The translations under genes and the position numbers were made by a program. Under the pieces are notes generated by a model. That model did not search any database. It was not told the origin of the DNA and saw nothing but the letters and a program-made list of their open reading frames with translations. A stretch of DNA of 32,000 bases, taken from Candidatus Harpocratesius repetitus (GTDB taxonomy: Archaea > Asgardarchaeota > Lokiarchaeia > Sigyniarchaeales > Promethearchaeaceae). The first letter of the stretch is position 1; the number at the start of each line of letters is the position of its first letter. The stretch is from positions 1,170,001-1,202,000 of the forward strand of contig JAIZWK010000001.1 of assembly GCA_021498095.1 (NCBI GenBank), in the 5' to 3' direction. Shown here one piece after another: positions 19,628 through 28,531 of the stretch.

Positions 19628-20662
19628 TCAAGATTTTTTAATATGAACTGGATTATGTTTAAGAATAAAAGTAAAACCTAATGTTCGAAATGCTTCATCC
19701 ACAATATCTTTATTTAAAGCACAAGTTTCGATATATTTTATATTATATTTTTCTGCTAAGGCTTGACCTTGCTCTGCTGTAATTTTTCGTTCATTTACCA
19801 AATCGATTTTATTTCCAATGAGAATTAATGTGATATCTGGTACAGCAGTGGTGGCTTCTTTATACCATTCTTTAACATTTTCGAATGTCTCTGGACGGGT
19901 GACGTCAAATACCAAGAAACCCGCGCGTGCACCTGCATAATAGGAATTTCTTACTGGTCGAAAAATTTCCTGTCCGCCCATGTCAAATATGCTAAAATCT
20001 ACACTGATTTCCCACATTGGAAAATTCATATGCTTGGTCATAATATTAACGCCAATTGTAGATTTGTAATCATCGTTTAATTTCTCATTGACAAAATTCT
20101 CAACTAACGTTGTTTTTCCCACACTTGTATCTCCACCCAGAATAACTTTCATTGAAAACCTGCCTTTTTCTAAGTGTATTACGTGATGGTCTGAATCTTC
20201 AGGATTTTCAGAAGATTGAATATTAAATTCTGGTATAACCATGCTTACTTCTTTTCCAAGATTAATCCGAGCCACTTTTTCTGCTGAAAGGAAAATATAT
20301 GGAAAGACTTCAACTACATTTGCTTCTAGTGGGCAGAGAAATACAAGTAAAGCATCAGGTCCAGCTTCAGAATAGATAATTCGACCAAATTGTGTCGAAA
20401 AAGTGTATACTCCAACTTTACGGGATTCAAAATTTACTGACTCTTGAACCATTTTTGTATCCATTAATTCTTCCAGTTTTTCTTTCAAATTTTCATCCAT
20501 ATTTGATTGAAATAAGTATGTAATTTTTTCATGAGTAGGACTTAGTATTAAAACTCCATATAATTTATCAGAAAGTGTCTTAAGTATGGAGTTGATAAGT
20601 AGATTTAATCGGAAAACATTTACCATGTGATTTTTCACCATATAATTTCGTTTATCACTCAA
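19628..20662 (-). CDS. Rab-like small GTPase with N-terminal Roadblock/LC7-like domain
   Basis: G1 GDTSVGKTT, G2 YKSTIGV, G3 DMGGQ, G4 NKID, G5 ETCAL. The N-terminal about 135 aa ends in IYSEAGPDALLVFLCPLEANV, a Roadblock-like beta-beta-helix pattern. Confidence 0.85.
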   Translation of the reverse strand: MSDKRNYMVKNHMVNVFRLNLLINSILKTLSDKLYGVLILSPTHEKITYLFQSNMDENLKEKLEELMDTKMVQESVNFESRKVGVYTFSTQFGRIIYSEAGPDALLVFLCPLEANVVEVFPYIFLSAEKVARINLGKEVSMVIPEFNIQSSENPEDSDHHVIHLEKGRFSMKVILGGDTSVGKTTLVENFVNEKLNDDYKSTIGVNIMTKHMNFPMWEISVDFSIFDMGGQEIFRPVRNSYYAGARAGFLVFDVTRPETFENVKEWYKEATTAVPDITLILIGNKIDLVNERKITAEQGQALAEKYNIKYIETCALNKDIVDEAFRTLGFTFILKHNPVHIKKS

Positions 20663-20778
20663 ATTACCTTAGAAAAAAATAATCATTATTAACATTAATA
20701 TATTCACTTTTCATTTAATTAGTAAATTTATTTTTCGAAATTTTCCAATTTTAAATAGCTACATAGAGTAAAGGAAAT

Positions 20779-20934
20779 ATGGATCAAAAAGAATTTTCTT
20801 TAACTGCATTAGTTAATCAACTGAACGAATGTTTAGAGCTGCGAAATGTTCGTCAATGGCGAACTTTATCGAAATTAGTAACAAAATATTATATTTCAAA
20901 AATATTTGAACGCCAGCATTCTAGTAAGGATTAA
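20779..20934 (+). CDS. Putative 51-aa small protein (below ORF-track cutoff)
   Basis: ATG 20779 to TAA 20934: MDQKEFSLTALVNQLNECLELRNVRQWRTLSKLVTKYYISKIFERQHSSKD. AAGGA lies just upstream and the ORF fills an otherwise empty gap. Confidence 0.4.
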   Translation: MDQKEFSLTALVNQLNECLELRNVRQWRTLSKLVTKYYISKIFERQHSSKD

Positions 20935-21013
20935 TCATTTTTTTAAATCAAGAATTGTTAAGAAATCGAGATTTAGACTACAATATAATAATTTTTTTTG
21001 TTTTTGTAATTCT

Positions 21014-21697
21014 TCAAATATTTTTTAAAAGTTCCAGTAATTTCGGTAGTGGTTTTTCTTGTTTTACGAAATATGGTGTTTTAAATTCATCTTTTTGATG
21101 CTTTGAAGAGACTACTGCAATAGAATGTGCACCTAACCGATTTGCAGTTTCGATATCTGACGGATGATCTCCAACAATGCATATTTCTGAAGCGTTCAAG
21201 CCGTAATATTTGAGGAAAGACGATGCATGTGCAGGGTCTGGTTTGATTTTTGAAGTACGATCCCGTCCAATTATTACGTTTGGATCTGGAAAATACTGAT
21301 AAATACCTGCCTGCTGTAATGAAATCATGGCATTTTTGCTGGTGTTTAAAGTTATAATTCCTAATTTTAGATTAGATTGGGTTAAATATTCAAGAACCTT
21401 ATCCATATCTGGAATAATTTCTGCTTTTTGAGCCGCTATGAATTCTTCTTTTGCAATAAGTTGATCAACCATTTTTCGAATTTCCAAAACCTTTTCCATT
21501 GAATAATGCTTTTTTTGAATAAAATAGCTGGATGCTTCATTAAGCATTTTCAAAACAAATGATTCTGTGCTGAGAATATTTTTAGGATAACCTTGTTCCT
21601 CTAGAATTTGGATTGTTTGTAATCTACATTTTTGGTAATTAATTTGAAAATGTATCAAAGTTCCATCCAGATCGAATAAGACGCCTTTTAACGCCAT
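21014..21697 (-). CDS. HAD family phosphatase (phosphoglycolate phosphatase-like)
   Basis: FDLDGTL, GIITLN, KPDP, VGDHPSD. Confidence 0.88.
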   Translation of the reverse strand: MALKGVLFDLDGTLIHFQINYQKCRLQTIQILEEQGYPKNILSTESFVLKMLNEASSYFIQKKHYSMEKVLEIRKMVDQLIAKEEFIAAQKAEIIPDMDKVLEYLTQSNLKLGIITLNTSKNAMISLQQAGIYQYFPDPNVIIGRDRTSKIKPDPAHASSFLKYYGLNASEICIVGDHPSDIETANRLGAHSIAVVSSKHQKDEFKTPYFVKQEKPLPKLLELLKNI

Positions 21698-21873
21698 TTG
21701 AGTGAACCAATATTTTATAATAGATAAATAATTGGAAAAGAATAAGAAATTTGAATTGAAGCCTAATTAATTGCTAAGGTCCAATGCTTTTTTGAAATCT
21801 TTATCATTTTTTCACTTATTCACCAAAGCGTTATAAAGTTCGAAATCTAATTATTATTGATTTGATCTGAATC

Positions 21874-23646
21874 ATGCCTGTTAAATATCCCGTTCCATCT
21901 GATCGACCATTTTTTCATGGTAAATATTGGCCTATAGGCGTTCCTCATCAACTTGATATTGATTTTACAATCACCCTACCTGATATGCTAGAAAGTTCTG
22001 TTAAAAAATGGCCGGATGATCCTGTAATTTGGTTCTTAGATACATTTGTTTCTTATTCTCAGCTTAAAAATTACGTTGATTCGTTGAAAAAAGCCCTATT
22101 TAAGATTGGGGTTCGAAAAGGAGATGTTATTTCTTTGCTTTTACCAAACTGCATCCAATATGTGGTAAGTTATTATGCGATAACTTCCTTAGGCGCAGTT
22201 GTTTCTGGAATCAACCCTACCTATTTTCCATTAGAAGTTTTTCATCAACTCCAACTGACAGAATCACATAAAATAATTGTATTAGATTCTCTATTTGATG
22301 AAAAAATAAAACCATTCAGTTCTGAATGGGAATTTGATTGGATAATTGAAACAAATATTGTTGATTTAGCTAAAGGTATGTCTAAAATTAAGAAAACTTT
22401 CGGAAAATGGCTGAAAAAAATTCCAACTGGAAAAGTTAATCATCCCAAGGTTTATTCATTCGTTAATTTGATGAAAGAATCTTCAGAATTCTCAGATGTT
22501 CCTTCAATTTTAATTAATGCTTCTGAAGATGTTGCTACATTAATCATGACAGGTGGAACAACTGGAATTCCAAAAGCAGCAGAATTAACTCATGAAAATG
22601 TTGTCAGTAATGCAAAACAAGCGGGAATTTTCATTACACAGCATTCAGATCCATCGGGAAATATACATTTAGGGCACCATTCAGGATTAATCGGAGTTAT
22701 TCCGTTGTTTCATAGTTATGCTCATACTATCGTGATGAATGCAGTTATAAGTGTGGGTGCTTGGATGATTCTTTTTCCCATTCCCCCTCCTGCAAAGGAA
22801 CTTGTAAAAACACTTCATCGCTTACCAAATCTTAATTATTTCGGTTATGCAGGTGTTGAGTTACTTTTTCAGCGAATAATTGACTTACCCGAAGAATTTC
22901 TAAGAAAATATCCCTTGGATAATCTATTAAAATTAAATTTATCGGGAGCAGGACCCTTGCATTCATATGTTAGAAAACCCTTTGAAGCAAAAACAGGTAC
23001 ATTAATTACAGAAACATATGGATTAACCGAAGCATCACCGGGAGTAAGTATTAATAATATTTATGGTCCTCGCGATATAGGAACAATTGGAACCCCTCTT
23101 CCTGGCACTGATTGGGAAATATTTCCTATTAACAATTTTGAGCAAGGACCAATAAAAGAAATTGGGCCTGACTATTTTGGCGAAATATGTGTTTCTGGAC
23201 CACAAATTATGAAAGGGTATTTTCGTAATCCTTCCCAAACTGCTGAAACAATTAAAATTTGGGATAAAAGACGTTGGTTGTTAACAGGAGATATTGGGTA
23301 TATGGATGTAGAAGGTAGAATTATTATTTTAGATCGAAAGAAGCAGTTGATCAAAGTTGCAGGTCACCCGGTATTTCCGTCTGAAGTCGAAAATTTAATT
23401 GGTAAACATCCAGGTATATTAGAAGTGGCAGTTACAGGAGTCCCAGATAAAAAGACAGGAGAAGCGATTAAAGCATGGATTGTGCAAAAACAAGATTACC
23501 CTTTTGAATTATCTGCAGAATTGTTAAAAAAATGGTGTAAAGAGAATATAACTTCTTGGAAAGTTCCTAAATATTTTGAATTCATCTCAAATTTACCCAA
23601 GAATGCAATTGGCAAGATTCTCCGCCGTAAATTATCTTCTGAGTGA
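21874..23646 (+). CDS. fadD: Long-chain fatty-acid--CoA ligase (ANL superfamily)
   Basis: P-loop MTGGTTGIPKA, ETYGLTE, TGDIG, RKKQLIK, catalytic Lys in PKNAIGKILRR. Confidence 0.9.
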   Translation: MPVKYPVPSDRPFFHGKYWPIGVPHQLDIDFTITLPDMLESSVKKWPDDPVIWFLDTFVSYSQLKNYVDSLKKALFKIGVRKGDVISLLLPNCIQYVVSYYAITSLGAVVSGINPTYFPLEVFHQLQLTESHKIIVLDSLFDEKIKPFSSEWEFDWIIETNIVDLAKGMSKIKKTFGKWLKKIPTGKVNHPKVYSFVNLMKESSEFSDVPSILINASEDVATLIMTGGTTGIPKAAELTHENVVSNAKQAGIFITQHSDPSGNIHLGHHSGLIGVIPLFHSYAHTIVMNAVISVGAWMILFPIPPPAKELVKTLHRLPNLNYFGYAGVELLFQRIIDLPEEFLRKYPLDNLLKLNLSGAGPLHSYVRKPFEAKTGTLITETYGLTEASPGVSINNIYGPRDIGTIGTPLPGTDWEIFPINNFEQGPIKEIGPDYFGEICVSGPQIMKGYFRNPSQTAETIKIWDKRRWLLTGDIGYMDVEGRIIILDRKKQLIKVAGHPVFPSEVENLIGKHPGILEVAVTGVPDKKTGEAIKAWIVQKQDYPFELSAELLKKWCKENITSWKVPKYFEFISNLPKNAIGKILRRKLSSE

Positions 23647-23727
23647 AGATAGAAATATTAAGATTCTTTTTCATTTTTCTTTGTAAATTCATGAAAAATT
23701 TTAAAAAAAGCTTTTTTAACCATTACA

Positions 23728-25140
23728 ATGAATCTTTTCTTCACCAATTCAAATTTGGGTAAATTTTTTGAAATTTATGCCCAGATTGAAAATTTTGGAA
23801 GAAATCAACAAAAATGTGATAATTCAATGACACAACTTAATAATGTCTACATTGTGGATTATGTTCGCACTCCTTTTTCACGATCTCGACCGAAAAGTCG
23901 AGAACGAAGTGCATTCAGCGAAATTCGTGCAGATCAATTGGTGGGATATACACTTCGGAATATGTTTGAGCAACGTATGAAAGATAAAGTAGCTCCTGAA
24001 GATGTTTCGGAGTTTGGATACGGTTGCTCTTTTCCAGTTGGAACAAATTGGCCTTATGCTGCACGCAATGCTTGGTTTTCAGGAAATATGCCTCCAAGTG
24101 TGCCTTCTCTTTTCTTTGATCGTGCTTGTGGTTCAGCTATGTCAGCTATGCATCATGGTATTCTATCAATTCAGACTGGTGATAATGATATCTTTGTGGC
24201 TTCAGGAGCTGAACATATGTTTATGGAGCCTATGGATCCAACGCTACAGAAAAACATGGTTGCGCCAAAACATTTGATTATAAAAAGTGAAGGAAATTTC
24301 TGGTATCGGGATGATATTGATATCATGACTGGCATGAGCATGGTTCAAACTGCTCAAAAATTATTTGAATATGAATGTGATCATATTTCAATTGAAGATA
24401 TGGCTAAATTTGGAGTAACCAGTCATAATTGGGCTGAAAAAGCACTAGATGAAGGCTATTTCAAAGGTGAAATCGTACCTGTTCTAGGACACAAAGAAGG
24501 AAATTTGGAAGAAGAATGGCTTGTTGATCACGATTTGGCGATTCGAAGAGGTGCCACCCTTGAAAAGACTCTTTCATTACCTGCAGTAAGTACTCCTGGT
24601 TATATGGGAGGATATAAGCATAAACGATTCAAACGTAAAGAATACAAGGAACGTTTTGGTACCAAGAGTGGTGTTATTACTCCCGGAAATTCTTCTCCCT
24701 TAAATGCTGGAGCAGCAACTATGATGCTTGCTTCAGAAGAAGCGGTGAAAAAGCATGGATTGGAACCCATAGCTCGTATTGTTTCCATGGGGTGGGCAGG
24801 TGTAGATCCTTCGGTAATGGGTCGTGGACCAGTTCCAGCCACAGAAATGGCTTTGAAAAAGGCTGGTTTAAAAGCAGAAGATATTGATTATTGGGAAATT
24901 AATGAAGCATTTGCAGTAGTTGTATTAAATGCTATGCATCACTTCAATATTCCAAGAGAAAAGGTAAATGTAAAAGGTGGAGCAATTGCAATTGGTCATC
25001 CTCTGGGCGCAAGCGGAGTAAGGCTTCCTGGAACATTAGCGCGTATTCTTAGAGAAAAGAAAGCAAAATATGGTGTTGCTACTTTGTGTTGTGGCAGTGG
25101 ACAAGGTGTTACCACCATAATTGAAAATCCTGATGCTTAA
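23728..25140 (+). CDS. Thiolase (acetyl-CoA C-acyltransferase); likely start ATG 23827
   Basis: VYIVDYVRTPF, catalytic Cys in RACGS, NSSPLNAGA, EINEAFA, GHPLGASG, LCCGSGQG. Confidence 0.94.
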   Translation: MNLFFTNSNLGKFFEIYAQIENFGRNQQKCDNSMTQLNNVYIVDYVRTPFSRSRPKSRERSAFSEIRADQLVGYTLRNMFEQRMKDKVAPEDVSEFGYGCSFPVGTNWPYAARNAWFSGNMPPSVPSLFFDRACGSAMSAMHHGILSIQTGDNDIFVASGAEHMFMEPMDPTLQKNMVAPKHLIIKSEGNFWYRDDIDIMTGMSMVQTAQKLFEYECDHISIEDMAKFGVTSHNWAEKALDEGYFKGEIVPVLGHKEGNLEEEWLVDHDLAIRRGATLEKTLSLPAVSTPGYMGGYKHKRFKRKEYKERFGTKSGVITPGNSSPLNAGAATMMLASEEAVKKHGLEPIARIVSMGWAGVDPSVMGRGPVPATEMALKKAGLKAEDIDYWEINEAFAVVVLNAMHHFNIPREKVNVKGGAIAIGHPLGASGVRLPGTLARILREKKAKYGVATLCCGSGQGVTTIIENPDA

Positions 25141-25193
25141 TAGATATAAGAATATTATTTTGGTTGAATTCACCCTTTTTGTTTAAAACATTA

Positions 25194-25205
25194 TTTTTTT
25201 TTTTT
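25194..25205 (+). terminator. Oligo(dT) tract, candidate archaeal intrinsic terminator after thiolase
   Basis: T12 run about 55 nt downstream of the thiolase stop codon. Confidence 0.4.
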
Positions 25206-25323
25206 ATAAAAGAAAGAGTTCTTGAAAAACAAAAAATGTGATAAAAAGGATGATATAAAAACTTACAAATAAAAATGGTATAATAACAATTAAATCTTCA
25301 ATTTTAAATGTTTTTTAGGAGTT

Positions 25324-26193
25324 GTGATGAATATGGGAAAATTTAATGGAAAAATCGCCTTAATTGGTGGAAATCTGGGAAAAATTAAAAAAGATAAATT
25401 TAAGATTGGATTGGGTGGTGTAATTGCCAAACAACTCCAAGATGAAGGAGCACAAGTTTGTTTAGTTGACCTTGATTTTGCGGTAACTCAAGCTTGTGTT
25501 TCTAGTTTAGGTGGTTCTGCAAAAGCCTATGATTGTGATCTATTAAAAGATCGCTCATATGAAACTGAAGAATATGTTGATGAACGAGGAAGAACGAAAA
25601 CAAGGGTTATTTGGAAAGATAATCCTGCATTGACCATGGTTAATCAAATTGTTGATGAATTTGGAAGACTCGATATTCTTATTACAAATTTTGATAAATT
25701 TGAACGAGTACGATTGGATGCAAGCGATAATGCACTATTTGATGAGCTACGTGATAAAAATATAACTCCTACCTTCCATCTACTTGCAGCTGTTCGAGAA
25801 CAATTTTCAACTCAAACTAAAACTCAAGGAACTTATGCAAAGGTAGTTATGCTAACATGCATGGTCGGGAAAGCAGGTATGAGTCTGGGTGCTCTGTATT
25901 CTGGATTTAAAGCAGCTATTATTGGGTTAACGAAAAGTATGGCTCGAGAATTCGGACGTTTTGCAAATGTAAATGCTGTTGCATTTGGTCCCCTTGCAGA
26001 GAAGAAAATGCAAGGTCCCAAAGAAAAAACTAAAGATGGGTTTATGGTTACTCAAACTGATATGTCAAAACAACCAATTACCTTTGAAAAGGTGGCACCT
26101 TTAGTATGCTTCTTAGCATCTGATGATGCAATTGCAATCTCTGGTCAAATTATTAGTGTTGATGGGGGATTATGGTTGAAATTGGAGCAATAG
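25324..26193 (+). CDS. Divergent short-chain dehydrogenase/reductase (SDR)
   Basis: Interrupted Gly motif GGNLG...IGLGG, LVDLD, YxxxK (YSGFK), NVNAVAFG, SGQIISVDGG; NNAG is replaced by TNFD. Confidence 0.85.
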   Translation: MMNMGKFNGKIALIGGNLGKIKKDKFKIGLGGVIAKQLQDEGAQVCLVDLDFAVTQACVSSLGGSAKAYDCDLLKDRSYETEEYVDERGRTKTRVIWKDNPALTMVNQIVDEFGRLDILITNFDKFERVRLDASDNALFDELRDKNITPTFHLLAAVREQFSTQTKTQGTYAKVVMLTCMVGKAGMSLGALYSGFKAAIIGLTKSMAREFGRFANVNAVAFGPLAEKKMQGPKEKTKDGFMVTQTDMSKQPITFEKVAPLVCFLASDDAIAISGQIISVDGGLWLKLEQ

Positions 26194-26205
26194 GAGGAAA
26201 TCAAA

Positions 26206-26997
26206 ATGAAAGAATTATTAAAAGATAAAGTTGCGATTATTACTGGTTCAGGACGGGGTATTGGCAAAGGCATTGCGACCTTCTTTGTAGAACAAGGTGC
26301 TAAAGTTGTCATTAATGATATCGATCCTGCCCCGTGCAACGAAACAGCTGAAGAATTACGCGCTATGGGCGGTGATGTATTAGCAAGCCCATGTGATGTC
26401 ACAAATAAAGAACAAGTAGAAAAAATGGTTGCTGATACCATTGCTAAGTTCGGAAAAATCGATATATTGGTAAACAATGCTGGTACCTCTCGGGATGCCT
26501 TAATTCACAAAATGGATGATAAACTATTGCGATTCATCATTGATGTCAATTTAAAGGGTACCCATGTTTGTACTCAAGCAGTTATGCCTGAATTTATTAA
26601 AGAAGAGCGCAAGGATGAATTTAAGAAAATTATCAATTTTGCTTCCACAACAGGCGTTTCGGGAAATATCGGACAAGCGAACTATGCTATTGCCAAAGGA
26701 GGTATTATCGGCTATACCAAAGCTGTTGCCCGTGAATTTGCTCGATATCGCGTTTGTGTGAATGCTGTTGCACCAGGCTTCATTGAAACACGGATGACTC
26801 AAGAAAAGAAGCCAGGTATGAAATTAGGGCTTCCACCTGCTATTCGAAGTATTGCAATTAATGCCATTCCATTTTCACGTAATAAAATTGGTGGGCGCCC
26901 AATCGATATTGCCAGAATTGTAGCATTTTATAGTTCTGATCTCTCAAATTGGGTTACCGGCCAATTAATATTAGGCGATGGTGGCGCGTTTATATAG
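26206..26997 (+). CDS. Classical SDR, FabG-like 3-oxoacyl reductase / 3-hydroxyacyl-CoA dehydrogenase
   Basis: TGSGRGIG, INDID, NNAG, ASTTG, YAIAKGG, NAVAPGFIET. Confidence 0.92.
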   Translation: MKELLKDKVAIITGSGRGIGKGIATFFVEQGAKVVINDIDPAPCNETAEELRAMGGDVLASPCDVTNKEQVEKMVADTIAKFGKIDILVNNAGTSRDALIHKMDDKLLRFIIDVNLKGTHVCTQAVMPEFIKEERKDEFKKIINFASTTGVSGNIGQANYAIAKGGIIGYTKAVAREFARYRVCVNAVAPGFIETRMTQEKKPGMKLGLPPAIRSIAINAIPFSRNKIGGRPIDIARIVAFYSSDLSNWVTGQLILGDGGAFI

Positions 26998-27072
26998 AAA
27001 TATGTAAAAATTCTATTATTGATCATTTGATAACTCGATAACCCAAATTTTTTTCACTTTATTTTCATTATA

Positions 27073-27819
27073 TTGAATATTATTATGGGATTAATTTTGA
27101 AATTCCGTTCAAATCAACAAGATCAATGGAATATCTTCTATCGGCATATTTTTGATGTTTTTCGGGAAGGAAAGATGATTGCTTTTCCATGGGGGAAAGC
27201 GGGATATGGTTTAGCTGGAGACCCAAGTAATCCAAGTATTTTACAGATATATTGGGATTTATATGGCGAAAATTTCGTTGAAAATGTAATATTTATCGGA
27301 GATTCAATCAAAACCTTGTCTCAATGGGGATTATTAAGCGATCTTGCCATTAAAGTTGCTGAATTATATTGGCCAGGGGATCTCGTGATACATGTCCCCT
27401 TTATCCATTTAGAAGAAAATCCTTTGCAAGAACAAATTTTCTCTGCCAATCCAGAATTAGAAACAAGTCTTTTACAGCGATCGGTCTATCTTTTAGTTCC
27501 ACGGCATCCTGTTGCTCAAAATTTCTTTTCTTATCTAATTGATCATGGATATCCTCCTCTATTAATGGGAAATTTTGCCGCTATTTCATCCAATTTCAAT
27601 GCGCAAGATGCGGTTACTGTGATGAATGAATTCGGTAATGAGTACTTAGGAGTTGTTGCTGATGCAGGTCGTTTGCAGAAAAGTAAAAAAGTGTATCCTG
27701 CCACTCAAGTGGCGATATTCGATGAAGATTTCCTCCAAATTGAGATAGAAGGGTTGATTTCTGAAGCAAATATATTTGATTCCTTTCCTAATTTAAATTT
27801 GGAAAAAGATGAATTCTAA
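27073..27819 (+). CDS. YrdC/Sua5-fold protein with degenerate active site (alternative start ATG 27085)
   Basis: Scaffold motifs are recognisable in order (GKMIAFP...YGL, YWPGDL, PRHPVA, VVADAG) but canonical catalytic residues are substituted. Confidence 0.75.
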   Translation: MNIIMGLILKFRSNQQDQWNIFYRHIFDVFREGKMIAFPWGKAGYGLAGDPSNPSILQIYWDLYGENFVENVIFIGDSIKTLSQWGLLSDLAIKVAELYWPGDLVIHVPFIHLEENPLQEQIFSANPELETSLLQRSVYLLVPRHPVAQNFFSYLIDHGYPPLLMGNFAAISSNFNAQDAVTVMNEFGNEYLGVVADAGRLQKSKKVYPATQVAIFDEDFLQIEIEGLISEANIFDSFPNLNLEKDEF

Positions 27820-27825
27820 TTTGAG

Positions 27826-28413
27826 ATGAACAGAATAATGCAAAAATTCAATTTATTAGTTTCAACTGCTCGTGAATTTGAGGAACAAGCCAAAACCGAA
27901 CTATGGTTCAATTTAATGTCGCTTGGCGATCCCAATCCAATTATTTACAAATCCAATTTTCAAGGTCTAATTTTAGGATATACAAATCTTCCCCCTCGAC
28001 GTTTAATTTATTATCTGCGTGATGTGATTACTTCTAAGGATGTGAATTATATTCAATTCATTCAAAAAATTTATCCAATCGACCTTGTTACGGCAACAGA
28101 ATTACCCGTAATTAAAGAAGCGGTCTTAGAATTAATCGCAGAATCTCAAATTTGTCATGTTCCAACATCAAAATTTCGTATTACCGTTAGAAAACGTAAT
28201 TCGCCTTTACGACCTGAAGATATTATTAATTCTATCGCACCTCTTATTTCTAATCCAGTTGATTTGAAAAATTTTGATTGGAACTTGCAATTTGAGATCC
28301 TAGGCAAACAAACTGGTATTGCAATACTCTCAAAGGACGACATCTTCAAGCCAATCAGTGAGCGAAGAGATCTTTTATATGTAAATGATAGTACATGGAT
28401 GGATGAAATGTAA
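27826..28413 (+). CDS. Stand-alone THUMP domain protein (Tan1/THUMPD1-like)
   Basis: FNLLVSTAREFE, IQKIYPID, KFRITVRKR, VDLKNFDWNLQFEILG. Confidence 0.88.
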   Translation: MNRIMQKFNLLVSTAREFEEQAKTELWFNLMSLGDPNPIIYKSNFQGLILGYTNLPPRRLIYYLRDVITSKDVNYIQFIQKIYPIDLVTATELPVIKEAVLELIAESQICHVPTSKFRITVRKRNSPLRPEDIINSIAPLISNPVDLKNFDWNLQFEILGKQTGIAILSKDDIFKPISERRDLLYVNDSTWMDEM

Positions 28414-28531
28414 GCTGCGATTTTTTAACTATTTGTTTGCTTTTTTTTCTGAATTCGAGGATACTAAATTAAACTTCAATTAAAATCAAATTTATTCTTG
28501 TTTTTCTAAATTATTATTTTTAAAGAATGAG

